This document shows positions 49,717 to 58,544 of a stretch of DNA of 64,000 nucleotides, piece after piece (within the stretch, counting starts at the first letter, position 1; each line of letters starts with the position of its first letter). Both the position numbers and the translations under genes were made by a program. Location: IMG/VR virus record IMGVR_UViG_3300025687_000040; one strand, given 5' to 3'. This DNA is from a virus. The notes beneath the pieces were generated by a model. The model had not been told where the DNA came from. It worked only from the letters and a program-made list of their open reading frames with translations, and ran no database searches.

Positions 49717-50532
49717 TTAATCTCTCCAATTTGGGTTATAACCTTTAATAAAACTGTCTATTTCTTCTTTTCCAGCAGAAACTTTAGCTAAGAAATCAAT
49801 CAATTCCTTAGCTTCAACTTTTGTCATATTTTCTATAGCATCGAATCTCCCCTGCCCTTGATTAATTAGTTTCATTACATCCACATCAAGATCTTTACAT
49901 CTTTTGTCTAAAAACCTTATTTGAGAAGAAGAAATAGGATCAGGTCTAGAAGCACCACTCCCAGCTTTATTCTTTTTCTCTAATGTTCTATGATTATTCT
50001 CTACATGGCTGATTTCTTCAAAAGAACACTTCTTAAGTTTTAAAGCTTTTCTAAGTGCTCTGGCTTCTGCTCTGGTCGAAGCTGTAGATGGAGAATAAAC
50101 CAAAAAGTCAGGATCTTGATTACCGGAATAACAATCAGCTACTTCAGCATAAGTCCTCTCCGTTTTATCAAACCATAAGAAAGTAATAGAATGCACAACG
50201 GTAGAACGCTGAGTCTCATCGCGTTGAGCCACAGGATAAACTTCAGTCGGACAACTCTTAATAATATCACCTAGAAGTAATTCAGCTACACGTCGTAGCC
50301 CATTTACTCTTGGATATCCATCAGTCAATTCTGATTCATCAAATTGGGACATAACAAAAGCGTCCCAATGAGTAGACAAATATGCGGCCTTTTTATCTTT
50401 ATTACTTAGATCATCAAAAGAATACGTATCGTTATCTTCAACAGAAGCTATAAAGCTTTCTAGTGATGATTTCATCTCTTTTTCGATAGTATTATCAATA
50501 CTAAATCCTATACTTGCTTTAGCCAAAATCAA
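49717..50532 (-). CDS. Hypothetical protein (the C-terminus may be a SAP/Rho-N-like DNA-binding motif)
   Basis: A 271-aa ORF. SQIRFLDKRCKDLDVDVMKLINQGQG is a weak helix-turn-helix-like region. Confidence 0.25.
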   Translation of the reverse strand: MILAKASIGFSIDNTIEKEMKSSLESFIASVEDNDTYSFDDLSNKDKKAAYLSTHWDAFVMSQFDESELTDGYPRVNGLRRVAELLLGDIIKSCPTEVYPVAQRDETQRSTVVHSITFLWFDKTERTYAEVADCYSGNQDPDFLVYSPSTASTRAEARALRKALKLKKCSFEEISHVENNHRTLEKKNKAGSGASRPDPISSSQIRFLDKRCKDLDVDVMKLINQGQGRFDAIENMTKVEAKELIDFLAKVSAGKEEIDSFIKGYNPNWRD

Positions 50533-51311
50533 ACCTCGATTTCTATAAGTCTATTTGCGGGGTCGGGAAATTTCTGGTGAACTTTTTGAAGTTCCTCCAA
50601 TACTCTCTCAGACACTAATCTAAGTTTGTGCTGGGAGAGTGTTTTCGTCATCTGTTTAACTCTAATTAATACATATCCGGCTGACATCAAAAGACCTGCT
50701 TTTCTATTGTCAGCTTTCTGGTGCTTTTGTAATTTTTGCTCCCCCCAAATTGGTAAAAAGTGAGAAGGTCCGTCAATTTCAATCGCTGTCTTCAAGTCAG
50801 CCACAAAAAGATCGATTTCCAAGGTTTGTCCAGGAAGTAAATTTTTCTCGTGAAATCTAACAGACCAACCCGCTTCTGTCAAGGTTTTTCTGAGGTATCT
50901 TTCAGTTTTGCTGCCATCTACAGCCGCTTCGCGGACGGCAGCGGCGGCTAATGAGCGGAGATTTTGCTTCTCTTCTTCACTCATTGCTGCCCATTGGGCC
51001 TTGCTGATCTCTGACAGTCTCGCACGTTCTTCATCCGATACTTCAGACCACGCCTTAGCCCTGCCCTCAGAAACGGCGATCTTGTGTGCCTCAGTAAGAG
51101 TCGCTCCTTTTTCTATGGGGACTTTACTCCTTCCTTTTTTAATAGCAATTTTCTGTGCCGTCTCATAGTCACGAGCCTCAATGTCAAGATACTTTAAAGC
51201 CCTTAAAATTTTCGTAGAATAAGTATTTAGATGTTCAGCAATCTCATAACTACTGCATCCTTTTTTATACATACTACGAATAATTTGTTCATGTTCAATT
51301 GCAAAGTTCAT
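50529..51311 (-). CDS. Homing-endonuclease-like protein with HTH, NUMOD3-like motifs and a Vsr/DUF559-type nuclease core
   Basis: An N-terminal HTH (GCSSYEIAEHLNTYSTKILRALK) and NUMOD3-like repeats (AQKIAIKKGRSKVP, AHKIAVSEGRAKAWSE). The C-terminal EIDLFVADLKTAIEIDGPSHF...NRKAGLLMSAGYVLIRV matches DUF559 or Vsr. Confidence 0.55.
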   Translation of the reverse strand: MNFAIEHEQIIRSMYKKGCSSYEIAEHLNTYSTKILRALKYLDIEARDYETAQKIAIKKGRSKVPIEKGATLTEAHKIAVSEGRAKAWSEVSDEERARLSEISKAQWAAMSEEEKQNLRSLAAAAVREAAVDGSKTERYLRKTLTEAGWSVRFHEKNLLPGQTLEIDLFVADLKTAIEIDGPSHFLPIWGEQKLQKHQKADNRKAGLLMSAGYVLIRVKQMTKTLSQHKLRLVSERVLEELQKVHQKFPDPANRLIEIEV

Positions 51312-51753
51312 TTAACTTCTCCAGATTAAAATCTTCTTGTATTGCATCCACCTCAATATTAAAGTTATTTTTCAAAATGTCTGCTTGTAATTGAGATCTT
51401 ACTACTATATGTAAGTCTTTATTGTTTAGGATTTTTTGAACCCCGTAAAAATTAAAAGTCTTATCAACCCACTCAAAGTTCCATAAATAGAACACTTTCT
51501 TCGAATTAGAAGAAGACTTATTCAAGGCATCCGCTGTATTTAAAGTCGTGGCTACTAAAACCCCGTTCTCAAAATGAGAAATATCACTGATCCCCATATA
51601 TCCAAAAAGTGATGGTATAATTTTATTACTCATGTTACAAACAAAAGCACATACATTGTCTGTTTCTACTGCTACATATTCATTCATAGCTTTCATTATG
51701 TAATAATTTTTATCACTCTTTAAAAAATCATCAAACAAAACACCTATTTTCAT
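51295..51753 (-). CDS. Hypothetical protein (glycan cluster)
   Basis: An ORF in an operon-like arrangement with the sugar genes. Confidence 0.25.
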   Translation of the reverse strand: MKIGVLFDDFLKSDKNYYIMKAMNEYVAVETDNVCAFVCNMSNKIIPSLFGYMGISDISHFENGVLVATTLNTADALNKSSSNSKKVFYLWNFEWVDKTFNFYGVQKILNNKDLHIVVRSQLQADILKNNFNIEVDAIQEDFNLEKLNELCN

Positions 51754-52193
51754 TGTACATATCCTGAAATAAAATCACTGCAAAGACCTAAATAATTACT
51801 CCAGTCAGAAATAATATTCTTTTCTGGATTCATTACTATACATTTAGGTATAAGGGAATTATTAAAAGACAGTACAAAATTCTTATTAGTTAAGACGATA
51901 TCATCTGACTCTCTCCAGAAGCAATGATATCCGTTTTCTAGTAAAAACAGAAGGGCAGGAAGATTCCTAGCCTGAATCAACAATTTGTCTTTTTCGAATC
52001 TATCAAGTATAATACCATTGGCGGGAAAATCGTTTCCTGTAACAAGCCTACCTTTGATAACCCATAAGTCAGTTTTAATACAGTATCCATCCTGTACTGC
52101 TTGAAGTAAGTACTCTACGGTATTTTCTTTTTTAGGATCTCTTCCAGAGATATTTCCCTTATTTGAAATATAGAGCATTGAGTACCGACTCAC
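51750..52193 (-). CDS. Hypothetical protein (glycan cluster)
   Basis: Its ends overlap the neighbouring genes (ATGA-type junctions). Confidence 0.25.
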   Translation of the reverse strand: MSRYSMLYISNKGNISGRDPKKENTVEYLLQAVQDGYCIKTDLWVIKGRLVTGNDFPANGIILDRFEKDKLLIQARNLPALLFLLENGYHCFWRESDDIVLTNKNFVLSFNNSLIPKCIVMNPEKNIISDWSNYLGLCSDFISGYVQ

Positions 52194-52938
52194 CTTTTTT
52201 GCCTATTCTTTGTGATGCCTGCTCTAGCCCTATTTGCTTAAAGATGTCGGCCCATATACTAAATGGGCTTCTATCTTTTAATAGCCTATTTCTTAGTTCA
52301 GTTGCATCTTGATAATTTCCATTTAATACAGCATCTACCTTCTCGTAAAAGTCTTCTTCATCGTAGAAAACCTGCTCAGAAAGTAATCCTAATCCATAGT
52401 CAGAATCTGTGATAACATTTCCACCTGACTCCAACGCCATTAAAACAGACTGTTTATTTAAACATATACTAACTTTTGCAGAAGCATAGGCATTAGAAAT
52501 TTGCTTACCTCTAATTACTCCACAATAGTTATATGTATTTATTGACTGATTGCCAAAGAATCTTACCTTGTAATTCATATTCATATATCTGTCGATATAT
52601 TTGACTTTATTCAAATCTTGATCAACAGCAACAATATCGCAAACAAGTTCTTTTAATTTTTGTCCTTGTCCTAGTAAAAGACAACTATCTTGTATTTGAT
52701 AGGCACCAGGAACCTGATTAAATGATAGACAAAAATCTTCACCTTTTTGAGTATCTGTTAATTCAATACGAAGACAGTCTCTTACTCCAGCTAATTGCTG
52801 TTTAAAATGCGTATCATATATCATAACGTCACATTCGGAAAATTCTCCATTTACTATGGCGACTTGATGTCCATCTTCTTTTAGATATTTACAGAACTGT
52901 ATGAATCTTTGATTTTGAGATACTATATTAAATTTCAT
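52159..52938 (-). CDS. Hypothetical protein, possible glycosyltransferase-like
   Basis: Called from the ORF in glycan context. No motif was verified. Confidence 0.25.
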   Translation of the reverse strand: MKFNIVSQNQRFIQFCKYLKEDGHQVAIVNGEFSECDVMIYDTHFKQQLAGVRDCLRIELTDTQKGEDFCLSFNQVPGAYQIQDSCLLLGQGQKLKELVCDIVAVDQDLNKVKYIDRYMNMNYKVRFFGNQSINTYNYCGVIRGKQISNAYASAKVSICLNKQSVLMALESGGNVITDSDYGLGLLSEQVFYDEEDFYEKVDAVLNGNYQDATELRNRLLKDRSPFSIWADIFKQIGLEQASQRIGKKGESVLNALYFK

Positions 52939-53633
52939 TTAGTGTCTTTCATTGAATCTATTTCTTTTATATTACCTCTAATTGTCGTAAAAGGCACTAT
53001 ATCAGATCCTCTATTTATTAAATAATTTAGAAACTCAAAAGTAGTAAGATTTTTGTCTACAGAGCTTAGTATTGATCTTAATTCATAGAAAAAATTATTA
53101 GGGAAAAATACTATTTGGCACCACTTATCGTTAAGCCCGTAAGAGAAATTACAGACTTTTCCTTGCTGAATTGCTACTCCGACTTCGTCTTTATTGATTT
53201 TATTCTTATTATCTATAGGCACAGAAATTTTAATGTAATCTATAGGTTTGATAAAAGAAGGTGAAAATACTATATCTCCATGTATAAAAAATACATTACC
53301 TTCTAGTGAGGCATTTAAACCAACTCTCATGCTTTCTACAATATTTGTAGAATCGTATCTTAAGTTTTCAACAGACCTTATATTCCTTGTTTCATTGATA
53401 ACTTTGTCTGATAGATATCCAGTGACATTAATAATATCTACTTTATCTCCATATACTTTATTAATAGTATCTATTTGGGAATCAATTATTCTTTTCCCAC
53501 GATAATTCATTAGACATTTATTTCCATAATTTTTAGTTCTACGTCCACAACCTGCATTAAGTAGAATAAAAGTATTTAATGGATTGCTGTCTTTTATTTT
53601 TTTTATAAACCTAATATTCTTATCGTTTGACAT
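52935..53633 (-). CDS. Sugar nucleotidyltransferase (MobA/IspD/CMP-sugar synthetase-like)
   Basis: The N-terminal FILLNAGCGRR matches the NTP-transferase G-x-G-x-R motif. Confidence 0.45.
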   Translation of the reverse strand: MSNDKNIRFIKKIKDSNPLNTFILLNAGCGRRTKNYGNKCLMNYRGKRIIDSQIDTINKVYGDKVDIINVTGYLSDKVINETRNIRSVENLRYDSTNIVESMRVGLNASLEGNVFFIHGDIVFSPSFIKPIDYIKISVPIDNKNKINKDEVGVAIQQGKVCNFSYGLNDKWCQIVFFPNNFFYELRSILSSVDKNLTTFEFLNYLINRGSDIVPFTTIRGNIKEIDSMKDTK

Positions 53634-54099
53634 TATACAAACTTATTGGTATATACTTAATAATCCCTTTTGTTTTTGAAATATCATATAGATCATCTAT
53701 ATTAGGTTCTAATCTTCTACAAAAGCAAATAGGCATACTTTGTATCATGACTACACCATCAACACAGAAATCGCTGTAAGTAACAGATACATTGTCGTCT
53801 TTATCCATTGGTTCTACCAAAGCATTTACCATACCTTGAATAGGAACGCAATTTTTTGGGATAAACAAAAACGCATGACATTGATTATTTATAGCCTCTT
53901 GGATAGCTAAACTTTTTACATTTAACCTATCTTCAAATCCTACATTTATCACACCTTTTTCAGCAAATTTATTACCTAGAGAAGTATCAAATAAACTAAT
54001 AAATACTTCATCCGATTTTTTAGGATTTAGAATGTTAAGTAGTTCGTCTACGTCTTCATCTTCTGACAACTCTTTAGATACCGACAGCTTCATTAACAT
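53620..54099 (-). CDS. Hypothetical protein (glycan cluster)
   Basis: Called from the ORF. Confidence 0.25.
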   Translation of the reverse strand: MLMKLSVSKELSEDEDVDELLNILNPKKSDEVFISLFDTSLGNKFAEKGVINVGFEDRLNVKSLAIQEAINNQCHAFLFIPKNCVPIQGMVNALVEPMDKDDNVSVTYSDFCVDGVVMIQSMPICFCRRLEPNIDDLYDISKTKGIIKYIPISLYNVKR

Positions 54100-54814
54100 C
54101 CTCCCAGCTATGAACCATTTTTACTGTTTTTTGTTCTTCGCACATTTGAGATAACTTTTCTTGATAAGATACAACCTTATCTCCTTTGAGGTATTGAAAT
54201 AATGAGTTATTAATGACCATAGGAGAATCTAAAATTAGTCCAAGTCTTTTCATTTTTTCGTTTACAAAACAATTAATAGACTCTAGATGTTTCTGTTCTA
54301 CATTCTCATTAGAACCTAAAATAATTGAGTATCCATTTTTTACTTTTAGAAATGCATCCCTAATCTGTTCTTCTCTATTTTCGCTAAAACTTCTTAATAC
54401 ATAAAAATTATGATATTTGTCAGAAAAAACTTTCAATTTTTGAAAGTTATCTAATGTCACGACGCAAATACTGTAAACCTTCTCTCCTTTTGTAAAAGAG
54501 AGGACGTTATTAATAATGCCTTCTGTCTTTTCTAGATCATTATCCAGTATAATGAATGAAATGGGGAGCTTATTCTTTTCTAGAGACTGCTCTTTAGTTA
54601 GATTCTCACTGTTTTTATGAGGGCAAATTCTGTCAAATTGATAATGACCGTCAACTATTTGACAAATATTTGATTCTAACTTTATATTATCTAGAATTCC
54701 AATAGAACAATCTGTCCCATTTTCAAAAGAGCAGCCATTACAAGACATCCCAAAACTTTTCATAGCCAACTTTCTGTTTTTAAATTTATTAATCCTAAAC
54801 GGGCTTGTTCCCAA
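54074..54814 (-). CDS. Putative family 2 glycosyltransferase with an N-terminal Cys cluster
   Basis: ISFIILDNDLEKTEGIINNVLSF...ICVVTLDN resembles the GT-A N-terminal pattern. MSCNGCSF...CSIG...DRICPH is a Cys cluster. Confidence 0.4.
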   Translation of the reverse strand: MGTSPFRINKFKNRKLAMKSFGMSCNGCSFENGTDCSIGILDNIKLESNICQIVDGHYQFDRICPHKNSENLTKEQSLEKNKLPISFIILDNDLEKTEGIINNVLSFTKGEKVYSICVVTLDNFQKLKVFSDKYHNFYVLRSFSENREEQIRDAFLKVKNGYSIILGSNENVEQKHLESINCFVNEKMKRLGLILDSPMVINNSLFQYLKGDKVVSYQEKLSQMCEEQKTVKMVHSWEDVNEAVGI

Positions 54815-56400
54815 AAATTTTTATTTTTGGCCTTTTCAGTAAACATCCCCACAATTTGATCACGACTTAAAGGTCTATACTCTTCTCTATTAAAAATAGA
54901 AAGTTCACCATAGAAAAATCCGCCCGGATTATTACGGAACATACCAAAGTTCAAATCTCTAAGAAGTTTATTAAAAGCGTATGTATTTACTAATGATGGT
55001 TCGTTCAGAGTCACATTAATCAAAAAATCAAGAAAGTCCTTATTATTCATTTCTTTATTAGGCAAAGCGGTAGGATTCGCCATCATAGGTTCTACTGTCC
55101 AGTCAGAGAAATCTAAAAGGTCTATTTCTTCTTCCCAGACTTTTGCCGTTTTGTCCCAGCCATAGTGCTTCTCGAAAGATTCCCTAGTTTTTAAGCTATC
55201 TTGAATACGTAGAGACTGAGGCTTATTTAATAGCTCTTTCCATATTTCTACAGTATGATCTAAGTCAAGTAAAGCCCTATCACATCCCGTCTCCATTTCT
55301 AAATGTTTAGATCTAACTTTGATAGGATGTCCATTAAGTTTTCTGATCTCGGTCTCCATTGCCGAATAGTCTGTTCCCATGACTGGAATTCCGCAGGCTG
55401 CTGCCTCTACGACGGGAATACCAAATCCTTCAGATGATGCTGGCTGGATATAAACATCAAAGATATTGTAAATATCAGATAATACACTTCTGCTAACACC
55501 AGAAGATACGCTACTTAATTTAGATGAGAACTGTCCACAAGTAGGACAAGGCTGGACCGTATCTGCAAAATGACTATACGACACATTATTACAATTTCCA
55601 CAAACATACGTAAATAATACCCTTGATATAATCTCACTATCAATTAGGTACTTAGGAATATCCCAACCATTATCAGGGTAAGAAGTATGGCAGTAAAGAT
55701 AGGTATTTTTTTCACCTGTCTCTTTTAAGTACTTACCGAAAGCTTCAAATAATTCGGGGAATAATTTCCGACGTTGATTCCTCATGACTGTGCCAATAAT
55801 TTTCCAATCCGGGTTAATACCCATTTTGACTTTATGGGCATTCTTATCGAGCACTGGTTTGAATTCTTCAGAAGCAGATGGTGTGGCGGAACGTTTAACG
55901 TTCATATTAGGATTTGCATTTTTTAGAACATCTACAGCCCAATCAGAATATGTTAGAACAGTGTCAGCACTAGAAAATGTATCAATCCATTCTTCATTTT
56001 GAGGGCTGGCATCTACAGTAGGCATATAGATCCAGTTAAAGTACTTTCTTAAAGGTGAATGCTGAATATAAGAATCCATCCACCAATCTCTTATTGAACA
56101 AATATGATCAGGTTTGAAATCTATACAAACTCTTTCGAAACGCCATTTTCCGAACTGATTAGCTCCATCGCTCTTATAAGCTTCTTGCTGTTCCTGTGAA
56201 CTACCATTTGGCATATTCGGGTAGTTCTTCCAGGGGATAGAACTCCTCTCTTTATGATCCTCAGTACCATAAATAGAAAATTCTGCAATGTCATATTTTC
56301 CAGTTGCTTGCAACCTTGATATAACTTCTCGACTATATGTAGCATAGCCAGTATTTAAGTAACTAGCTTCGGAGACAAATAAAATTCTTTTTCTACGCAT
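54760..56400 (-). CDS. GT-B fold glycosyltransferase (GT4-like) with an inserted zinc ribbon
   Basis: GFGIPVVEAAACGIPVMGTDYSAMETE matches the GT4 E-x7-E region. CGNCNN...CPTCGQ forms the zinc ribbon. Confidence 0.55.
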   Translation of the reverse strand: MRRKRILFVSEASYLNTGYATYSREVISRLQATGKYDIAEFSIYGTEDHKERSSIPWKNYPNMPNGSSQEQQEAYKSDGANQFGKWRFERVCIDFKPDHICSIRDWWMDSYIQHSPLRKYFNWIYMPTVDASPQNEEWIDTFSSADTVLTYSDWAVDVLKNANPNMNVKRSATPSASEEFKPVLDKNAHKVKMGINPDWKIIGTVMRNQRRKLFPELFEAFGKYLKETGEKNTYLYCHTSYPDNGWDIPKYLIDSEIISRVLFTYVCGNCNNVSYSHFADTVQPCPTCGQFSSKLSSVSSGVSRSVLSDIYNIFDVYIQPASSEGFGIPVVEAAACGIPVMGTDYSAMETEIRKLNGHPIKVRSKHLEMETGCDRALLDLDHTVEIWKELLNKPQSLRIQDSLKTRESFEKHYGWDKTAKVWEEEIDLLDFSDWTVEPMMANPTALPNKEMNNKDFLDFLINVTLNEPSLVNTYAFNKLLRDLNFGMFRNNPGGFFYGELSIFNREEYRPLSRDQIVGMFTEKAKNKNFWEQARLGLINLKTESWL

Positions 56401-56845
56401 TGGCTCTAACTATTTTCTTAAAGCAGGATTTTGTGATATTTTTGAAATCATTAGGCGTTAAGTCTAGAATCCTACGGATCTCTACATCCTTATAACCAGA
56501 CTTTTTATAATAAAAAACTCCTGCTTCTAAAACTGTTAAGTTAGCAGGAGTAATTTCATCTAAATCAAATTTTTCTTCAATAGGAGAATTAACAAGATCT
56601 ACATTTAAATCATTCCTATTTCTCTTAACAAACTTTATCAAATCGTTTCTTATGCAATATGTAGCAAAAGTTGAAAAGACGCTTTTGTCAGAATTATATT
56701 GTCTGTGAGCTTTTACCATAGCTATTAAACCAATTTGAACTAAATCTTCAAAAGAATAAAGGCTATTCTTTTTGTAGAACTTTTTAGCTAAAGATATGGC
56801 AAGTCCGTAATTTTCTTTTATCAGGTCTTCTTCTGATTTTATCAT
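56393..56845 (-). CDS. Sigma-70 family sigma factor (small, ECF-like; regions 2 and 4)
   Basis: GLAISLAKKFYKK...FEDLVQIGLIAMVKAHRQYNSDKSVFSTFATYCIRNDLIKFVKRN matches sigma-70 region 2. A C-terminal HTH-like segment matches region 4. Confidence 0.7.
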   Translation of the reverse strand: MIKSEEDLIKENYGLAISLAKKFYKKNSLYSFEDLVQIGLIAMVKAHRQYNSDKSVFSTFATYCIRNDLIKFVKRNRNDLNVDLVNSPIEEKFDLDEITPANLTVLEAGVFYYKKSGYKDVEIRRILDLTPNDFKNITKSCFKKIVRANA

Positions 56846-57177
56846 ACAGTCTGACCTTTATTAATAGCCCTGAATTGATTAATACGAAAAATTATTTTTC
56901 CCGCATTACTCCTAGCAGTAGTCTCTACTACAAGTTCATCACCTATGTGACAATTATCAAATATTGTTTTAGCTCCAGAGTCCCAAGCCTCAAAAGATAA
57001 TATGTTTTTATCAGTTATTTTTCGACCACCTCGAATATTTCTTGTCTGCTCAACCATCATCTTAAATCTTAAAACTTGAGTATTCTGTTCCTCTTCTAAG
57101 GATAAAGGATCAGTAATTTTCCCAATAAAAGTACAAACGTTCATGCAACCACCCCCTTTATCAGGCTCCGAAAGCAA
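56842..57177 (-). CDS. Hypothetical protein
   Basis: Called from the ORF. Confidence 0.25.
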   Translation of the reverse strand: MLSEPDKGGGCMNVCTFIGKITDPLSLEEEQNTQVLRFKMMVEQTRNIRGGRKITDKNILSFEAWDSGAKTIFDNCHIGDELVVETTARSNAGKIIFRINQFRAINKGQTV

Positions 57178-57413
57178 TTAATAGCTTCATCGAAGTTATA
57201 AAAGTCCTTAATGAATTCCTTTCCATTCAAATTGGACTTATATACTTGAAGTTTCGGAGATGTCTCATTTCTATATTTTTTCATAAAAAAACGTAGATCA
57301 CTAATCTCTGCATCCCCTTTTTTCACTATACAGCCATCTAAAAGAATTTTTTTATAACAATCTGATTCTTTTAACAGTCCAACTTCTAAGTATTCCGCAA
57401 ATGTTTCGCTCAT
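57141..57413 (-). CDS. Hypothetical protein
   Basis: Called from the ORF. Confidence 0.25.
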   Translation of the reverse strand: MSETFAEYLEVGLLKESDCYKKILLDGCIVKKGDAEISDLRFFMKKYRNETSPKLQVYKSNLNGKEFIKDFYNFDEAINCFRSLIKGVVA

Positions 57414-58525
57414 ATTTGAATAATCTCACTCACAATAAAGGAATCTCTATCTTTAGCCTTTTCGCCAAACAGGAGTACAGTGGCCGCTTCATAGATTATA
57501 TCCCCGTATTCTTCATAAATGTCAGGGAAAACAACAACATTCTCTAATTCCATAGATTCGTCCCTTACTGTGAGAAAAGCCATTAAAGTTTCATTTTTTG
57601 TTTTATGCTCATTATATTTTACTATTTCTACAGCCAATATGCTGCGTCCTAATTTGCCATCCGCAATATCTTTACAGCGAGCGTTGGCACTGGACGCATC
57701 ACGACATGCGTCTGTCTTTGAATATGTAAGAGGTACGCCTAAAAGATTTTCTTCAGCTAAACAGATTGTTAATGGTGTATCTTTTAAATCTCGCCCAGGA
57801 TTATCTAACCTATCAATGATACTATTAAATACAACTTGTCTCTTCTCACTTGAAATCGCACCGCCATTCTTTTTTAGTTGATTAATTTTTAGAAGGTTTT
57901 GCTTTAATGATAACTCAGAATCATATGTCTCAGTCAGCTTCTCTAACTCTTTTGCTGTTAACTCTTTAATACAAGAATATTCATGAAGCATTTCAGATCG
58001 ACTTTTCTTATATTTAGAAAACATTCCAACTGAAATTAGATTATTTACCGAACGCTTGTTTACTTTCGATAATACACGAACTAGAATAGACATCCAATTT
58101 TGCGTCACTTCCTGGCCTTGTTCTTTTATCAGCCTATCCATTTTTCTGAATTCATTCTGCCCCACATTCTTTACATTGGTAACCCCAAAATAAATAGCAC
58201 TATTTTGAATCGAATAGGTCTCATTCATATATTCAATAGATGGAATTCTTATCGGGATATTATCAAGTTTAGCACTTTCTACTAATTCATATGTCTCACG
58301 GTCAGAATCCATTTTCTCCTTAGCGTTTACCAGCCAGTTGAGATAGAAGCTTAATGGATGGTTTGCTTTTAAGTAAGCTGACCAATAGGCCATGTAAGCA
58401 TAACTTACTGCATGAGAATTAGATGTAGGTATTCCATTAGCGTAAAAAATATGATCTTTTGAATCTATTTCAATATCTATAGTATTTTCACGACCTAGAT
58501 ACTCAATTTCATATATAGATGACAT
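57410..58525 (-). CDS. dnaE: DNA polymerase III alpha (DnaE) C-terminal half preceded by a split-intein C fragment (DnaE-c)
   Basis: The N-terminal 36 aa MSSIYEIEYLGRENTIDIEIDSKDHIFYANGIPTSN align to DnaE split-intein IntC (compare Npu MIKIATRKYLGKQNVYDIGVERDHNFALKNGFIASN). The extein SHAVSYAYMAYWSAYLKANHP matches the DnaE KSHSAAYA...YLKAHYP region. An OB-fold-like segment (LAVEIVKYNEHKTKNETLMAFLTVRDESMELENVVVFPDIYEEY) follows. Confidence 0.8.
   Translation of the reverse strand: MSSIYEIEYLGRENTIDIEIDSKDHIFYANGIPTSNSHAVSYAYMAYWSAYLKANHPLSFYLNWLVNAKEKMDSDRETYELVESAKLDNIPIRIPSIEYMNETYSIQNSAIYFGVTNVKNVGQNEFRKMDRLIKEQGQEVTQNWMSILVRVLSKVNKRSVNNLISVGMFSKYKKSRSEMLHEYSCIKELTAKELEKLTETYDSELSLKQNLLKINQLKKNGGAISSEKRQVVFNSIIDRLDNPGRDLKDTPLTICLAEENLLGVPLTYSKTDACRDASSANARCKDIADGKLGRSILAVEIVKYNEHKTKNETLMAFLTVRDESMELENVVVFPDIYEEYGDIIYEAATVLLFGEKAKDRDSFIVSEIIQI
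58418..58525 (-). mobile_element. Split-intein C-terminal fragment (IntC, 36 aa) at the 5' end of dnaE-c
   Basis: It carries intein block F and G-like motifs and ends in Asn followed by Ser +1. The penultimate Ser matches known DnaE IntC. Confidence 0.75.
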
Positions 58526-58544
58526 AAGTTACTTTCATTTATCT

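Noticed and set aside
56842-57177. A possible SSB/OB-fold protein upstream of dnaE-c.
   Set aside because: This was an impression from the sequence only. No diagnostic motif could be recognised, so it is left as hypothetical.
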